Shown here piece by piece: positions 10,562 through 22,331 of a stretch of DNA of 64,000 nucleotides (position 1 is its first letter; each line of letters opens with the position of its first letter). Source of the DNA: a virus. Both the position numbers and the translations under genes were made by a program. The stretch spans positions 96,001-160,000 of the IMG/VR virus record IMGVR_UViG_3300028734_000012; one strand, given 5' to 3'. A model generated the notes under the pieces. That model was not told the DNA's origin, made no database searches, and saw only the letters and a program-made list of their open reading frames with translations.

Positions 10562-11437
10562 ATGGGCAGAACTGATAAATTATCTTATGAATATATTAAA
10601 GAACAATTTAATAATGTTGGATATACGTTATTAGGGGATGAGTATATAAATTCTAAGATAAAACTTAGATATAAATGTGAAAAACATCCAGATAAAGAAT
10701 TAAGCATCACATGGAGTAATTTTCAACAAGGGTATAGATGCCAATATTGTAATAAAGAAATAAATAAAAATGAAATAAATTGTTATTCAATTTATGTACA
10801 TATCTTTCCTAATGGTAAATTATACTTCGGTATTACTTCACAAGATGTAGAACGTAGATGGATGAATGGGGCGGGATATCAATCTCAAATATTAATGACT
10901 AGAGCGATTAATAAATATGGATGGGATGATATTGAACACGTTATCTTATATGATAATTTATCAAAGTCACAAGTTTGTAAGTTAGAACAAGATTATATTA
11001 AATATTATAATACGACTAATCATGAGTTTGGATATAACTTTTCAACTGGTGGTGAGGTTGGTAATAGCGGATGTATTAGAAATAAAGAGTGGAGAAAAAA
11101 AATAAGTGATTCTCAAAAAGGAAATAAAAATGTAATGTATGGGAAACACCCCTCAGAAGAAACACGATTAAAACTTAGTATTGCTCGTAAAGGAAAACAC
11201 AAAGGGGCAGAAAGTTGGAACTCAAAAACCATTATTTGTGTTGATACTGGTGAGATATTTTACTCTATAATTGATGCAAGTAATTATTATAAAACAAATT
11301 ATTCTCATATAGGTGAATGTTGCCAACACAAACGTAAAACAGCAGGAAAACATCAATGGGAATATTATGATAAATATATAGAAAAAGAAGGTGGAAATCA
11401 TCGGAAGACAAACCCAGTACAACAAGCAAACGAATAG
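10562..11437 (+). CDS. Free-standing GIY-YIG homing endonuclease with NUMOD3/NUMOD1-like DNA-binding modules
   Basis: SIYVH..PNGKLYFGIT...RRW, E..YI..Y......GYN; MYGKHPSEETRLKLS; C-terminal IICVDTGEIFYSI..A...GKHQWEY. Confidence 0.85.
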   Translation: MGRTDKLSYEYIKEQFNNVGYTLLGDEYINSKIKLRYKCEKHPDKELSITWSNFQQGYRCQYCNKEINKNEINCYSIYVHIFPNGKLYFGITSQDVERRWMNGAGYQSQILMTRAINKYGWDDIEHVILYDNLSKSQVCKLEQDYIKYYNTTNHEFGYNFSTGGEVGNSGCIRNKEWRKKISDSQKGNKNVMYGKHPSEETRLKLSIARKGKHKGAESWNSKTIICVDTGEIFYSIIDASNYYKTNYSHIGECCQHKRKTAGKHQWEYYDKYIEKEGGNHRKTNPVQQANE

Positions 11438-12434
11438 TGATTTATTAGATAAAATTAGTATAGAGAATAAACAAATAATGACTGAATTTTTACAGTATTT
11501 AAAATCAGTTGATAGAAGCGCCACTACAATTCATGGATATGAGAATGATTTACAAATATTCTTTACATGGAATCTGTTGTTTAATAATAACAAGTTCTTT
11601 ATTGATTTAAATAAAAGAGAAGTAATGAGATATCAAAGTTATTTGTTATCAATTAATAATAGTCCTAATAGAATACGTAGACTAAAATCTGCATTGAGCA
11701 GTATGTCAATCTTTATTGAAAATATATTAGATGATGATTATCCTAATTTTAGGAACATCATAAACAAGATTGAAAGCCCCGTTAAGACACAAACAAGGAC
11801 TAAGACTATTGTTACAGCACAAGAGGTTGAAACCGTTCTAAAGTATCTGACAGATAGAGAGCAGTATCTAAAGGCTTGTGTTTTTGCTTTAGCTGTTTGT
11901 AGTGGTTCGCGTAAATCAGAATTAACACGATTTAAAGTAAATTATTTTGATGATAGTAATATAGTCTACGGTTCACTTTATAAAACACCAGAACTAATGA
12001 AAACAAAAGGGAAAGGTTCTCGTGGAAAAATGTTAGATAGATATACATTGGTTAAAGATTTTAAACCATACTTTGATTTATGGATGGCTCAAAGAGAAAA
12101 ACTTGGAGTTGATAGTGAGTATTTGTTTGTTTCAAAAGATGAAGCAACTGGTAAATGGAAACCAATTACAATCTATACTTTAAACAGTATGGCTATTACA
12201 TTTAGTAGAGTACTAGGTATTGACTTCTACTGGCATTCACTTAGACATTTATTTGTAAGTAGATTAATGGCTTCTAATATTCCAGCCGAAATTGTTAAGA
12301 AAATAGTTGGTTGGGAATCAGTAGATATGGTTGGTATCTATAACGATGCTGATATATCTGCCGAACTAGGTAAATATTTTGATGAAAATGGAATAAAGGA
12401 TAATATACAAGAAGGTAGTTTATCCAATTTATAA
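11391..12434 (+). CDS. Tyrosine recombinase/integrase family protein
   Basis: N-terminal SAM-like domain; catalytic R (GSRKSEL), K (KTKGKG), HxxR (HSLRH), W (VGW) and Y (GIY); start ambiguous (GTG 11391 or ATC 11400). Confidence 0.88.
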   Translation: MEIIGRQTQYNKQTNSDLLDKISIENKQIMTEFLQYLKSVDRSATTIHGYENDLQIFFTWNLLFNNNKFFIDLNKREVMRYQSYLLSINNSPNRIRRLKSALSSMSIFIENILDDDYPNFRNIINKIESPVKTQTRTKTIVTAQEVETVLKYLTDREQYLKACVFALAVCSGSRKSELTRFKVNYFDDSNIVYGSLYKTPELMKTKGKGSRGKMLDRYTLVKDFKPYFDLWMAQREKLGVDSEYLFVSKDEATGKWKPITIYTLNSMAITFSRVLGIDFYWHSLRHLFVSRLMASNIPAEIVKKIVGWESVDMVGIYNDADISAELGKYFDENGIKDNIQEGSLSNL

Positions 12435-12461
12435 TAATAGAAAATAGGGGAGATATATATT

Positions 12462-13109
12462 ATGGCTAATAAAAAAAGCGAGTATGCACACTTTTCAGAT
12501 GTTCATGATAAAATGGTTCAAGTTACAACTGGTTTAATTACTAGAGAACAATTCACTAACTGGTTTAATGAAAATATTACAGTAAAATCATATTTACCAC
12601 TTGCAAGTAAATACGCAATTGTTAATGTGTTTGCAGAAACATTTAAAAATAAAGCATTTAATCAAGGCGATAATAAGAAAATTGATTTAGACTATATTTA
12701 TTTAGAATATGATTTATCTATGATGTTTGATTTACAGTTTTATTATACAAATATTGGTGTAATGCCAACTGATAAAACGACTAAGAATTATGACTTAGTT
12801 AAACAAAGTGGATTATATGATTTGATTAACGGTGCTTGTGAAGGTGATTATGTAGAATTACTTGAAAAATGTGATAGACTTTCTGGCATTCGTAACGTAA
12901 GTATTATGAATGAACTGATAAATATTTTTGATAATTATCCTAAAGTAGAAGAAATCGAAAGAATGAGAGATATTCTTAATAACGAAGTTGATATTGATAA
13001 GCTAAACGTTTTAAAAACTATTGAAACATTTAATAACCCAACTCTTACAAAGATTGTAGAGGGAATTAAATCTGAATCAACAGACGAGATACTTACCAAA
13101 AAGGAGTAA
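12462..13109 (+). CDS. Hypothetical protein (possible tail assembly chaperone)
   Basis: 215 aa, SD GGGGAG, two genes upstream of the tape measure. Confidence 0.5.
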   Translation: MANKKSEYAHFSDVHDKMVQVTTGLITREQFTNWFNENITVKSYLPLASKYAIVNVFAETFKNKAFNQGDNKKIDLDYIYLEYDLSMMFDLQFYYTNIGVMPTDKTTKNYDLVKQSGLYDLINGACEGDYVELLEKCDRLSGIRNVSIMNELINIFDNYPKVEEIERMRDILNNEVDIDKLNVLKTIETFNNPTLTKIVEGIKSESTDEILTKKE

Positions 13110-13114
13110 TAATA

Positions 13115-13627
13115 ATGGCTGATGAAATAACACAGTTTCTAAATGCTAGATTAAAAACTATCGAAGCTAATATGCAATCTGAAATAAAAATTATATTAAT
13201 GGAAACTGGTAATGAAGCCGTAAAGAAAATAAATTCATTTATTTCAGATTGGTATGACAAATATACATATGATGAAAGTGACCCTAACCATTATAAAAGA
13301 ACTAATCAGTTAAGGAACTGTGCAAGATATAGCATAACTGGTAATACTGTTAGAGTTTACATGGATATGAGTAGATTAAGGGCTTCTGCTCAAAATGAAG
13401 GTAAAGGATGGCAAGCACACAGAAGTTTTGATGGTGAAGATTTTACATATGGGTTGATTGATTTTCTTGAAAACGGTGGAGAAGGTAAAGGTTCAAGACG
13501 TAATCCACGTAGGAATGATTTTGGTATCCATTTTTTAGAACAAACACAGGATTGGGTTAATGATTATGTTGCGAAAGAAATAGATAGAAAATTAAGAGTT
13601 TTAGTTAGAATGGACTATAAAAATTAA
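13115..13627 (+). CDS. Putative HK97 gp10-like tail completion protein
   Basis: YKRTNQLRN motif (RTG.L..S-like); basic; directly upstream of the tape measure. Confidence 0.45.
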   Translation: MADEITQFLNARLKTIEANMQSEIKIILMETGNEAVKKINSFISDWYDKYTYDESDPNHYKRTNQLRNCARYSITGNTVRVYMDMSRLRASAQNEGKGWQAHRSFDGEDFTYGLIDFLENGGEGKGSRRNPRRNDFGIHFLEQTQDWVNDYVAKEIDRKLRVLVRMDYKN

Positions 13628-13654
13628 ATTATATTTTAGAGAGGGGGGATAATT

Positions 13655-16600
13655 ATGGCTTTAGGTAAAGGCTCTAAATACTTACAAGAGTTTGGTGTTG
13701 AGATTGGTGTTGAGGTTAAAGATAAGGATAGTGTAAAGCAAGTTAATCTTATCGTAGACCAACTTAAAGAAGTATTTAAAAATAAATTAGGCGATAACGA
13801 ACTATTCAATTATAAACAAGAATGGAAAAATGTACAAAAATTAACAAGTCTAATCGATGAATTAGGGTCTGGAATGCGTGCAACATTTTTAGGTTCTGGT
13901 TCTAATTTACTTTCTACATTTTCATTAAATTTTGAAAATTTACATAAAGGTATAACAACAGTTCTAATCGATTTCAAGGAAATGATTAGATTAAAAGATG
14001 CGGCTAATGCTGGTGGAGAATTTATTAAAAGTGGAACACCAGAAGTAAATACTACCGTAGTTGATAAGACTAATCCTAAGTACCAGATGAGCGAAGTTAT
14101 AAAGTTATATACAGAATTAAGAAATAAAGCTGAACAATTTGCAAAGCAAAGCGTTGGTTCAGAAAAATGGCAAGAAGCAGAAGTTCAACTAAGTAATGCT
14201 CAAACAAGATTAGATGAGTACATACAAAAACATGAAAAATTAATTGATGATGAAAAACTCCGTTCTACCATATTAAAGAATCAGATTATGTTAAGTGAAA
14301 AACTTAATATGTTAGAAGCAAACAAATTAGATAAAGAAGAATCCACAGAAGCAAAAGATAATTTATCTTTATATAACCAAACATTAGGTATATTAAATAC
14401 TATACATACTACAAAAATAAAACTTGTTACAGCGGATGAAAAATCTAGTTTATTATTAAAAGAGCAATTAAAAACATTACAACAAGAACTATCTAGTAAT
14501 GTTGGTAGTGGTAGATTGACCACTAGTCAAGTTTCAAACGTAAACAGCGGAACAGAAAATAATGACAAAATAGAAGCTAGTTATGCAGGAATTGTTCAAA
14601 AACAAGAGCAATCATTAAAACTAGCTAAAGAACAATCAGCCGCAGAAGATGGCTTAAAGTCCTCTCTCAATTATCAAGTAACTTTAAAAGAAAAAATTAA
14701 TTCAGAAAATGCAAAAAATAATACAGAAGTTGCAAGTGCGTATAATAATCTTTTAGCTAAAGAAGAGATTGTATCTCAAACATATAAATCTCAAATATTA
14801 GATAAACAAAAAATAGTATCACTTGAAAACGATTATTCAGATAAGATGTCTATTGTAGATGCAAAAGAAAAAAGTTTACAAAGAAAAAATACAGAAGAAA
14901 TAGATACTGATAATATTAAAACCGCAATAAAAGCTTACGATGATTTAATCGAAGCTAAAATAAGATTGACAAAATTACAACAACAAAAAGCAAACGATGT
15001 TGTAATCGAGTCAAATGTTCAATCAGTTAAGAAATTGCAGTCTGCTTATACAACAGCATCTTCTGCTGTACTTAAAGACAATTCTGTTGTAGCTTCTAAT
15101 GAAAAAGTTAAGGAATCAGTCATCGAAGCAGACAAAAAATTGCTTGAAGCACAGAATAATATTTCTGACGGATTAAAAAATTCTACTGTTCATGTTTCAA
15201 GTTTTAATAGCAAAATGACAGATATGATTCGGAACGTATTCCAATATAGAATAGCTTCTTCTGCATTCCAAGAAGTAGACCAAGCTATTATGGCAAGTAT
15301 AAAAAAAGTAAAAGCACTTGACGATTCAATGACACAGATTAGATTAGTCACTGGTGGAACAAGTCAAGAAGCACAACAAATGATTGGTACTTATGCTAAC
15401 CTAGCCCTTCAACTACATACTACAACACAAGCTGTTGCAGATGGTTCGGTAGAGTGGCTTTTTAATCGAGGTCACTATAAATTCCTTTAACTGACGGGGA
15501 ACTCCTTAGAGATTATTCTACTAACTTATTATGGTGACATAAATAAGGGCAAGCAGTAATGTGCTTGGTATAGTAAAAAAGAATAATATTGGACAATCCG
15601 CAACCAAGTCTCTATTTATTTAGAGGAAGGCTCAACGACTATTCCGAGAGGAAGTACATGCAAGTGCATGGAAATGGGGAATATTTCATATTACAATATG
15701 AAATAAAGATATAGCCTATGCTTATAGGAAACTATGAGAAAATTCCATTTTAGTATTCGTTAATATATTATAGAAAGAAGGTTTTGTGGATACAGATAAT
15801 CAAGAAATTAAAGTAAGAATTAACAATTTTAATTTAGAACATTTTAAAGGTTTAGGATATGATGTAAAAATTAATGATAATATTATCATTAAAACGTGTG
15901 AACTTCCTAATGGCTCTGGAATTAAAGTTGATGTAAAATGTAAATATTGTAAAAAGATATTTAAAAAACCATATAGAAAATACTTAGAAACTAAAGATGA
16001 TATTTGTTGTGATAAATGTAAGACTAAAAAATGTGAAAAAACTAATATTAAAAGGTATGGTAATAAATGTTCTTTAAGAAATAAAGATATTTTAGATAAG
16101 GCTAAACAAACTAATATTAAAAAATTAGGTGTTGAGTATCCTTTTCAAAATAAGGAAATATTAAAGAAGTGCATAAAAACATCATCTAAAAAATATGGTA
16201 TAAACTACAGGAAACATAGTACGAGTAAACAACAATTATATATTTATAATTTATATGGTGGGATTTTAAATTATAATATTGGTAATTATTTTTTAGATAT
16301 ATATTTTAAAGATTCTAATATTTATTTTGAGTACGATGGTTCTGGTCATAATCTTGGGGTTAGACTAGGTACATTTACAATAGATGAATTTAATAAAAAT
16401 GAATTAAATAGAGAAAAATTTCTATATGATTTAGGAATAAAAGAATTTAGAATAATATCTGGAACTGATAAACTACCATCTGATGCTGAACTAATAAGTA
16501 TTAAGAACAAGGCATTCGAAATATTAATTAATCAAGATTTTTATAAATATACATATAATATAGATACTAAAATGGAATCTTTTGAGAAGTAACGATTCTT

Positions 16601-19600
16601 AAAAGTAATATTACAGGAGACAGGGCAAAACAGTAGAAGATACAACGACTTTATTAAAGGCTTCTACAACCTTATCTAAAGTTGGTATGATGGATTCTGC
16701 CCAATCTACAGAATTAATGACAGCCGCTTTAAATGGTTTTAAACTTAGTGCAAGTGATGCTATGGGTGTCGTTGATAAGTTCTCTGCATTGGATTTAAAA
16801 TATGCTACATCAGCAGAAGAAATTGCAACAGCGTTACAATACGTTGCATCTAGTGCTGGATTAGCAGGAGTTGGCATTGACAAAATGAGTGCCTTGATTA
16901 CCGTAGCTTCTTCTGTTACAAGATTATCAGCAGAAACTATTGGTAATGCTTGGAAGAGTGTTACTGCTAGAATGCAAAATATCAAAATTGGCAAGTTTGT
17001 TGATGATGATACTAGCGAAGCATTAAATGACGTTGAAAAAGTTCTTAATAAATTAGGAATTAAACTAAGAGATACTAACGATTCATGGCGCAATATGGAA
17101 GATGTACTTGATGATGTTGGCAAAAAATGGAATACATATACAGATATAGAAAAATCTGCATTAGCAACTTCTATAGCTGGTACTCGTCAACGTAACGTTT
17201 TTATTGCCACAATGGAAAACTATGATAAGGTATTAGAAGCAACAAGTGTTTCAGCTACATCAGCAGGAACAGCCCAAGAAAAATATGCCGCAATTTCGGA
17301 TTCAGTTGATGGTAAACTTAACAACCTTATTGCAACATGGGATAAGCTAGTTAATAATCTTAACCAAAGTGGTAATTTTAAAGGAATACTTGATTTAGGT
17401 ACTTCATTAGTTGGTATGTTAGACTATGGAATAAATAAATTAAATTTATTATCTGCCGCACTTGTATTAGTTGGTGGTAAATTATTAGGTTTAGGTATCG
17501 AAGGTTTAATGACTAAGTTTTCAACTATGTCAACAGCTACAGATGGGTATGTCATTACTTTAGGTAAATTAGCACAAGCAACAATGTTAGGCAACGTAGA
17601 AACACAAAAGACACAAATTCTATACGATGGTCAAGTATTAAATTTAGGTAAATTAAATCAAGCGCAGTTAATTTCAGTTATTAGTAGTAATAAAGAATTA
17701 GCTGGTTTAAAATTATTAGATGCAGAAAAAATAGAAGCGGTTCTTGTCACGCAAGGGGTAAGTGCCGTAATAGCAAAAGATACCGCAATAAAGCTTACTG
17801 ATGTAACTGCCACTGGTGCGGCTACTGTAGCAACTGGTGGATTTACTGTAGTTATGAAGGGTTTAACTGCGGCAATAGCGGCTAATCCAATTGGTTTTTG
17901 GTTAACATTAATTACTACATTATTATCAGTTGCTATTCCCTTAATTCAACACTTTGCAGGAGCAGAACAAGATTTAGCTAATAAGTCAAAAGAATTATTA
18001 GATACATTTGCTACACAAAAAGCAACATTAGATAGTAACGCTAAAAGTATTAGTGATGTAAGCACCGAATATGCCAAATTAAGACAAGGTGTAGATGCTT
18101 TAAATAATAATGTAAGTTTATCATCTACCGAATATACTAGATTTTTAGAATTAAATAAACAAATTGCAGGAGTTTCACCAGAACTAGTTAAGGGGTATGA
18201 TTCACAAGGTAATGCTCTATTAGACTTAAACGGTGGTGTAAATGCAGTTGTTACATCATTAACAGAAATGATTGCAAAACAAAAGGAATCATATAATCAA
18301 AGTATAGTTAAAGATGCCGATAATATATGGAATGGGATTAAAGGTAAAGTAGACGAATATAATACTTCTTTAACTAATTTAGATGAAATACAAAAGACTA
18401 TAAATACTAATACTGGTTTATCACAAGACAAAATGCTAACTTTATCTGAACAATTAGATAAACTTGGTATATCATATACAAAAGTTTATAAAGAAGCAAA
18501 AAATGCTAATGAATATGGTACGTGGAGTTTTGATTTTGGTGGTATAGATACTAAAGATGTAACAAAAAAAATATCAGATTCAAAAAATGATATAAAAAAA
18601 TCTTTAGAAACTGAACTAGCTAAAATACAACCAGTGATACAAGCAAAAGTTGAACTTGATGATAATTATAAAAAAATGGGAAGTCAATTACAATCAGTTG
18701 TTACCAAAGCTGTTTCTGGTTTAAACTTTAGTAAAATTGGAAGTAACACAACAGAAATTAGTGACTATATCTCAAAGAATATAATCAAACCAATCTCCGA
18801 CAATTCCCCAAAAATACAAGAAGCTTGGAATAAGGCATTAAAATTACAAACTGATTTTAGTAAAGGCACAATAGATAAAACTAAATTTACAGCAGAAGTA
18901 AATGATTTATTTAAAGAAGCATTTTCTGGTGTGGATACAAAAACTTTAGATGTATTAAAAAATTCATTAACAAATGCAGGAGTTGAAGGTAACGGATTAA
19001 TTCAAATGTTCACTAATCTACTTACACCTACAAAAGATGAAACTGATGCAATTGCCGCACAAGCTGATGCTTTAGATTCTTTGAGCACTACAATTACCAC
19101 TATAGTTGATAAATATAATTCTCTTGGTGATGTTATAGAAAATATTAATACACATCATGCCGTATCATCTGATGATATGAAAGCAATTATAAAAAACTAT
19201 AGCGATTTAACTCCTGCTCTATTAGAGTATTCAGCAGGAATTAGAAGCGCCGCTAATATAGAAGATTTATTAAAAGCTAAACAAAAAGAACAAGCTGATG
19301 CATATAAGAAAAATATACAAGACCAAATAAGCAATAGCACTGATTTTTACACTCAAAAAATGGCAAAAGAAAATACATTGGCAACTCAATTAGAAGCTAA
19401 CTATCAAATAGATTATGCAAAATATACAACATTCCAACAACTTAAAAATGCTGTTGATGTAGCTGTACTTAATAAGCAAATAGGATTAGTAACTCTTTCT
19501 GGAAAAATTTTAGCTGATGAATATTTAGCTGATGCAACTAATTATGGTAGTTTCGAGAATGGTAAAACTAAAATTTCTGATGCAGTTAGGTTAAATATTG

Positions 19601-22239
19601 AAGGTCTTAATGAAGACAAAATTAGAGCATTAGCTAAACAATACGGAATTGATGTTGGAAAATATGGCGATGGAGAAGCGGCAAAAGCAAAAATTACCGC
19701 AGAAGTCACTGGAAAAATAGTCCAAATGTATGCCGCAACTAACGATGGGTTTAAGAGTACATTACAAACTCAATTAGAATTGGCTAAAGCAAGCGTAGCT
19801 TCTATGGAAGGTAACGGACAAGACGGTGGTAGGGCATACATAAATGCACAAAATAGTATTGTAGCTTTACAAAAAGCTTTAAATGGTGGTACAACAACAG
19901 ATACAAGTGGAATACAAAAAACAATTGACGGTATTCTAGGAAGTATTAATACTAGCATACCAAAAACTACAAAAGAATTAGATGCAGTTGATGCCGCTAC
20001 TAAGAAAGCCGCTAGTACCGCAAAGTCAGAAGCAAGTGCCGCCGAGACAGCCGCTAATAAAGCCGCCGCCGCATTAAAAGCAAAGTATGAGTTAGAACGT
20101 AAGGTAATAGAAACAGCAAAAGATACTGGAAAATATGATGTTAATAAGATAGGATATTATACCGCATTAAATAGCCTACAAGCTAAATGGGCTAAATCTG
20201 CTTTAGACACAGAAGACAAATTAACATTACAAAAAGATACTTATGGTGCGCTTAAAGACTATCAAGACGATATTTTAAAATCTTCTTATGATGAACTTGC
20301 AAGAAGAGAAGACCTTAACATAATAGGAAAAGATTCAGAAGCTTCACTTCAAAATCTGTTAGAAATTCAAAAGAACTTAAATTCAAGTGGAATGACACTA
20401 GCAAATACAGCAGAAAAACAACTTGAACTACAAAAGAAAATCCTTGCAGTTAAAAAAGCTATTGCTGATTCTGAACAAGATACTCTTGACCATGATGTAT
20501 CAATGGGAACAGTTCAAGAAAATAGTATTCAGTACGTACAAAGATTACAAGCTATATATGCAAAATTAAATTCAAGTAATATAGCAGACAAAAAAGATTT
20601 ATGGGATTTACAAGAAAAAATTTATGATGCTGAAAAAGCTTATGCTAAAGAACAATTAGATAATGCTTCAAAAGCTATCGATAAGAAAATAGCGGCATAC
20701 CAAAAACAACAAGATGCGATTGAGAAAACATATCAGAAACAAATAGATGCAGATGAAGCAGAAATCAAATCATTAGACAAAAAAGAAACTGTTCTTGAAG
20801 ATTTATATCAACCACAACTTGATGCTATTGATGCCCAAACTAAGGCTTTAGAAAAACAAGAGAAACTAATGGAAAATATGTATCAACCACAAATTGATGC
20901 ATTACAAAAAGTACTAGATGAAAAAGAAGCTGAAAATAATTTAACTGATAAATCTATTGCGCTTGAGAAAGCAAAACAAGATTTAGCTAAAGCTGAAAGT
21001 CAAAAAGTAAACCGTATATATAAACAGGGTGAAGGGTTTGTATTTGAAGCAGATAAAACTGCGGTTTCTGATGCTAAGAAGACTTTAGATGATTTAAATT
21101 ATCAAGCAGAAATCGATGCAATAACTGCTCAAAAAGATAAATTACAATCTTCACTAGATTCAGAGAAAAAAGCGTTAGAAGACCAAATTACGACACTGAA
21201 TGATTATAAGACTACATTACAAGATAATTGGGATGCTGAAAAGAAAGTCTTAGATGACCAAATTAAAACATTGAATACTCATAAAGATAACTTACAAGAT
21301 ATTGTTGATGCTGAAAAGAAATCTATACAAGACCAAATAGATTCTTTAAATGATTATAAAGATGAGTGGGATGAACTCGTAGATTATTACGATGAAAATA
21401 GTGATGAGTTTATTAAGAAAATGACTAATAATAATGTTAATGAGACAGGGTTATTAAAATCAAGATTAGCAAGTTATATTAGTCAAAATACTGACTTCTT
21501 AGATTTATTTACAACAAGTAATGATAATGAAAATTCTTTATTAACAGATAGAGAAGATTCTTACACAGAAAGTAATCAAGCATCATTAGTATTATATAAT
21601 CAAAAGACAGCAGATTATTTAGCTAGTCAGACAAAATTCTTAGCACAGTTATCTGATGGTAATTCTAAAGAGAATGCTTTATTAACTACAAGACTTGCTA
21701 ATTTAGATTCATTTAGGGCTAAATATGCAGTTTCACAAAATCAAATTGTTGCAACAAATAGTACAATAATTAATTCTAATGATAAGTTAGCAAGCAGTTA
21801 TAGTAATGCGGCATCTGCGGCATCAAACTATATCGATTCACTAGCAAGCGTAGCCGCCGCTAAATCAAAGAGTAGTAGTAGCGCTCCTAATAGTAACTAC
21901 GTTGCTCACGGGGCTTATGCTGATGGTGGTGTTGATACTAAGGGTGGATTAAATATGCTACATGGTACTCCAACAAGTCCAGAAACAATATTTAATGCAA
22001 CTGATAGTAAGAAACTATACGATGTTGTACATAACAATAGTAATCTAGCAGAATACTTCACAAGCAAGATGGAAACACATAACTCTAAAATTACATCAAG
22101 CAATGATAAGAACGTTAATATTACAATTGGGGATGTCAACTTACACGAAGTTGAAAATCCAGATACAGCGGCTAAAGCTATCGTTGAGAAACTTCCAGCT
22201 AGTGTATTGCAAGCATTGTTTAGTAGAAGCGGTTCTTAA
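13655..22239 (+). CDS. Tail tape measure protein (~2475 aa after splicing; exon 1 13655-15459/60, exon 2 16617/18-22239)
   Basis: Splicing joins ...DGSVEWL to RQGKTVEDTTTLLKASTTLSKVG, restoring the TMP core EWLRQG motif; TP901-like core, hydrophobic segments, long coiled coils, C-terminal YADGG..LHGT..PE motif. Confidence 0.9.
15685..15702. repeat. 18-bp palindrome copy 1 (intron P8 stem)
   Basis: TTCATATT-AC-AATATGAA. Confidence 0.7.
15786..16592 (+). CDS. Intron-encoded putative homing endonuclease (Zn-ribbon plus Vsr/EDxHD-like PD-(D/E)xK domain)
   Basis: Inside the P9 region; CKYC/CDKC; C-terminal FLDI...IYFEYDGSGH; GTG start with SD AAGGT. Confidence 0.75.
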   Translation: MDTDNQEIKVRINNFNLEHFKGLGYDVKINDNIIIKTCELPNGSGIKVDVKCKYCKKIFKKPYRKYLETKDDICCDKCKTKKCEKTNIKRYGNKCSLRNKDILDKAKQTNIKKLGVEYPFQNKEILKKCIKTSSKKYGINYRKHSTSKQQLYIYNLYGGILNYNIGNYFLDIYFKDSNIYFEYDGSGHNLGVRLGTFTIDEFNKNELNREKFLYDLGIKEFRIISGTDKLPSDAELISIKNKAFEILINQDFYKYTYNIDTKMESFEK

Positions 22240-22331
22240 TATACGTTAACATTTAGGAATATAGTTGAAAGAGAGTGATTGTCATGTGACATTTTTTAAT
22301 AAATAATCAAAATTTATAGAGGGAGAAAATA

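Larger units (their letters stand above)
15460..16616 (+). mobile_element. Group I intron (IA-like, with P7.1/P7.2 and extended P5) carrying an endonuclease ORF
   Basis: P1 AGUGGCU/GGUCACU with U.G at the splice site; P/Q TGACGGGGAACTCC..GGACAATCCGCAACC; R GGCTCAACGACTA; S AAGATATAGCCT; P9 CTTATAG-GAAA-CTATGAG; 15-bp perfect stem 15742-15756/16564-16578 loops out the ORF; terminal G; boundaries uncertain by 1 nt (alternative 15461-16617). Confidence 0.92.

Noticed and set aside
13095-13117. C AAA AAG near the end of 12462-13109; a -1 shift would fuse it to 13115-13627 like a tail chaperone G/GT frameshift
   Set aside because: The heptamer is imperfect and AAGGAG is simply the SD of the next gene, which looks like an independent gp10-like protein. 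Not excluded, but unsupported.
22265-22291. SD-like sequence followed by ATG TGA within the palindrome TGTCA-TG-TGACA after the TMP gene
   Set aside because: A single short occurrence that could be chance; no second copy seen.
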